DNA of 37,050 nucleotides, taken from a virus. Lineage: Duplodnaviria; Caudoviricetes. The stretch covers positions 1 through 37,050 of IMG/VR virus record IMGVR_UViG_3300027627_000012, one strand, 5' to 3'. The notes beneath the pieces were generated by a model. That model saw only the letters and a program-made list of their open reading frames with translations. It had not been told where the DNA came from and did no database searches. The position numbers and the translations under genes were made by a program. Positions 35,130 to 37,050 of this stretch are shown here, one piece after another. Position 1 is the first letter of the stretch, and each line of letters begins with the position of its first letter.

Positions 35130-35465
35130 ATGGATCTCTATAAAATTCTAGAACTCAATTTCCCAGACCATCAATGGGCGATGGGCGAAGAATACGATTC
35201 CCTCGCATGGGACGAGGGAAACTCTGTCCCGAAGCCTTCTCTTATGGAGTTAACTGCAATTTGGGATTCTGCTGAATTCAAGGTCAAGGTATTGAACTCG
35301 TCTGCCGTAAATAGCAGAAAATATGAAATCCTCTCTCAATGGCCGATTCATAAGCAATTCGAAGCTATTACAGAGCTTCACATGAATAGGCCAGCGAAGA
35401 TGGACGAGCTTGTCTCTTTTATTTCCTCTATTAAAGAGAAGTATCCTAAGTCGCAAACTCCGTAA
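35130..35465 (+). CDS. XkdW-like / tail fibre assembly-type small protein
   Basis: P...W....YDSL.W......KPS..EL pattern. Confidence 0.55.
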   Translation: MDLYKILELNFPDHQWAMGEEYDSLAWDEGNSVPKPSLMELTAIWDSAEFKVKVLNSSAVNSRKYEILSQWPIHKQFEAITELHMNRPAKMDELVSFISSIKEKYPKSQTP

Positions 35466-36216
35466 TATTAATACTTGAAAGAGCGGCGGTCCCGTATAGA
35501 GCGGGATAGCTCACGTTTCGATTCAGGTAGATGCTAGCTGCGTAGTCTGGAGTCCTGCCTAATCTGATTCTCCAAGTCTGAGGGGCGACGGCTGTCCCAG
35601 AAGTCGTATAGGTAAATTTAAATACAGTCCCTGCGCTAGAGTCGTACAGGAACTGACTCCAAACTCTTCTCGGGGTAGTCTCAGAATTCTTGTATAAACA
35701 TATGACGGCTCCGGCAAAAGACGAAGCATAGAGATTTAATTCACAGTCAATTCTAACTACGCTTTCTGCTCTGCATGGCGTAAAGGTTATGTTTTTTACT
35801 TCGAACCCCTGCGCGCTCGTAACGCCTGTGGGCTGCACGATAGAGTTAAGAAAGATTCTATCAGAGAATTGCTTGTAATAGTTCTTGACCCCCTCCGCCA
35901 ACCCGCCGCTCATTGGAGTATAAAAGCAGCAATGATAATCGCCGTAGGTCTCGTTCTCAACGACTATTTCGTAGATTCCTTTTGAGGGGTGAAGGTTTGG
36001 TATTATACCAGATATTCCATAGTCCGAACCATTAAAGTATTTCGAGAAGGATTCTACCGGTATGGATTTTTCGAACGGATCTCTGAACGACACTGAAGCT
36101 ACGTCGATCAGGTTCCTTCCGCTCACCAGAAAGAACTGACCAGAAGCTCCAGACTGAGGACTGAAGCCAAAGATCTCGATAGGTTTTAAAATTTGCAGTG
36201 AATTACTCATACCCAT
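35446..36216 (-). CDS. Structural protein with IPT/TIG-like N-domain and tail-fibre-like beta C-domain
   Basis: IFGFSPQSG.SG....VSGRNL..VASVSF; C-terminal SSINITEF. Confidence 0.65.
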   Translation of the reverse strand: MGMSNSLQILKPIEIFGFSPQSGASGQFFLVSGRNLIDVASVSFRDPFEKSIPVESFSKYFNGSDYGISGIIPNLHPSKGIYEIVVENETYGDYHCCFYTPMSGGLAEGVKNYYKQFSDRIFLNSIVQPTGVTSAQGFEVKNITFTPCRAESVVRIDCELNLYASSFAGAVICLYKNSETTPRRVWSQFLYDSSAGTVFKFTYTTSGTAVAPQTWRIRLGRTPDYAASIYLNRNVSYPALYGTAALSSINITEFAT

Positions 36217-37049
36217 TCATAGTAAGGTGCCGCTAAAAGGAATACGCCGCTTTTACCCGTGTAATTAAAGTCTTGTATATTAACTGCTACGACGTGAGTC
36301 TTCTCGTATATGTTGGCTTCTCGTCCAGTCTCCACCGCCGCGATCCTGTAGTTATCAAAGAATGGCACGGCTTGACTGAGTGAGATTCTCCCGTCTGAGG
36401 CGCCGTCTGTAAACCTTATTCCAGTCATCCCAATAAAATAATTTCCAGAAATAAATAAGGAGCCAGTTTCCCCAATGCGATCTAGGCTTAATCCGATCAC
36501 CGAAGGCTTTTTACCACTGATTTCTACGTCTTTAGACAACTCTTCGAGCCTGCTTTTCCCTAGCGGGAAACTCAAAGAGTAGCTATTTAATAACGAAATA
36601 TATTCATAAGGAGAAGCCGGCTCTTGGCTATGGGCGAACTCACTCACTCCGACTAGAAACGCTTTACCTCGCCCAAAATAATTAGCGTTAATTATTCCCG
36701 TGAGACGCATATTCCCAGTGGTCAAACTTTCTGGATAATTAGTTAAAAGCTCAGACAAGTCAAGACGTATGCCTCCGAAATATTTAGACTCTGCATCTAC
36801 ATCGGAATCATTAAACAACAGAGAGCGCGCGCTCTGCGTATCTCTATTCGCGATGATGTGGTGTGATTGACTATTTTCGTCGGATATAAAAAGGGCGGGA
36901 TAACATTCGCTAATATTTACCCCAACAAGACTAAATGCCCCCCCAGCCTGAAGCGAACTGTTTTCGAATCCGGACACGATAGGTATAGGTAAAAATTTTT
37001 CTTTCGACTCAGATTTCTCAAAGCCGCTTATTAAAAGTTTACCAAGTAT
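36207..37049 (-). CDS. IPT/TIG-repeat structural protein, 5'-truncated
   Basis: Frame stays open upstream of 36977 to the window edge (ILGKLLISGFEKSESKEKFLPIPIVSGF...); P.V.G.S...G.TG..L.ISG.YF.G.T.IRF motif. Confidence 0.7.
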   Translation of the reverse strand: MLGKLLISGFEKSESKEKFLPIPIVSGFENSSLQAGGAFSLVGVNISECYPALFISDENSQSHHIIANRDTQSARSLLFNDSDVDAESKYFGGIRLDLSELLTNYPESLTTGNMRLTGIINANYFGRGKAFLVGVSEFAHSQEPASPYEYISLLNSYSLSFPLGKSRLEELSKDVEISGKKPSVIGLSLDRIGETGSLFISGNYFIGMTGIRFTDGASDGRISLSQAVPFFDNYRIAAVETGREANIYEKTHVVAVNIQDFNYTGKSGVFLLAAPYYEWV

Positions 37050-37050
37050 G

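Noticed and set aside
1-37050. Stop-codon reassignment as in some large phages
   Set aside because: TAG, TGA and TAA all end full-length conserved genes (dut TAG, nrdB TGA, nrdA TAA) and coding density is high in the standard code.

Overview
Fragment of a large tailed dsDNA bacteriophage genome, standard genetic code, host not determinable (the NrdB resembles the Chlamydia-type class Ic subunit, a weak hint towards the PVC group). Left (minus strand): a 3'-truncated Cys-rich, poly-serine protein of at least 901 aa that the ORF track misses, a small secreted protein, tRNA-Ser(UGA), tRNA-Val(UAC), two small genes, a ~360 nt highly structured non-coding stretch and dUTPase. Centre (plus strand): dNMP kinase, sigma-70-like factor, NrdAB, a glycan cassette (five GT-A enzymes, GT9-like, acetyltransferase/HldE-type nucleotidyltransferase fusion, two methyltransferases, Gmd) and a replisome (RecA, DnaB, primase, PD-(D/E)XK nuclease, Pol III split into PHP, DEDD exonuclease and core alpha), then more GT4/GT9 genes and a strand-annealing protein. 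Right (minus strand): IPT/TIG-like structural genes. Best leads: a possible virion O-glycosylation system acting on a mucin-like poly-Ser protein, a candidate large structured RNA, repeated leaderless promoters and a tyrosyl-radical-free RNR. All family calls are from motif recognition by eye, not database searches.
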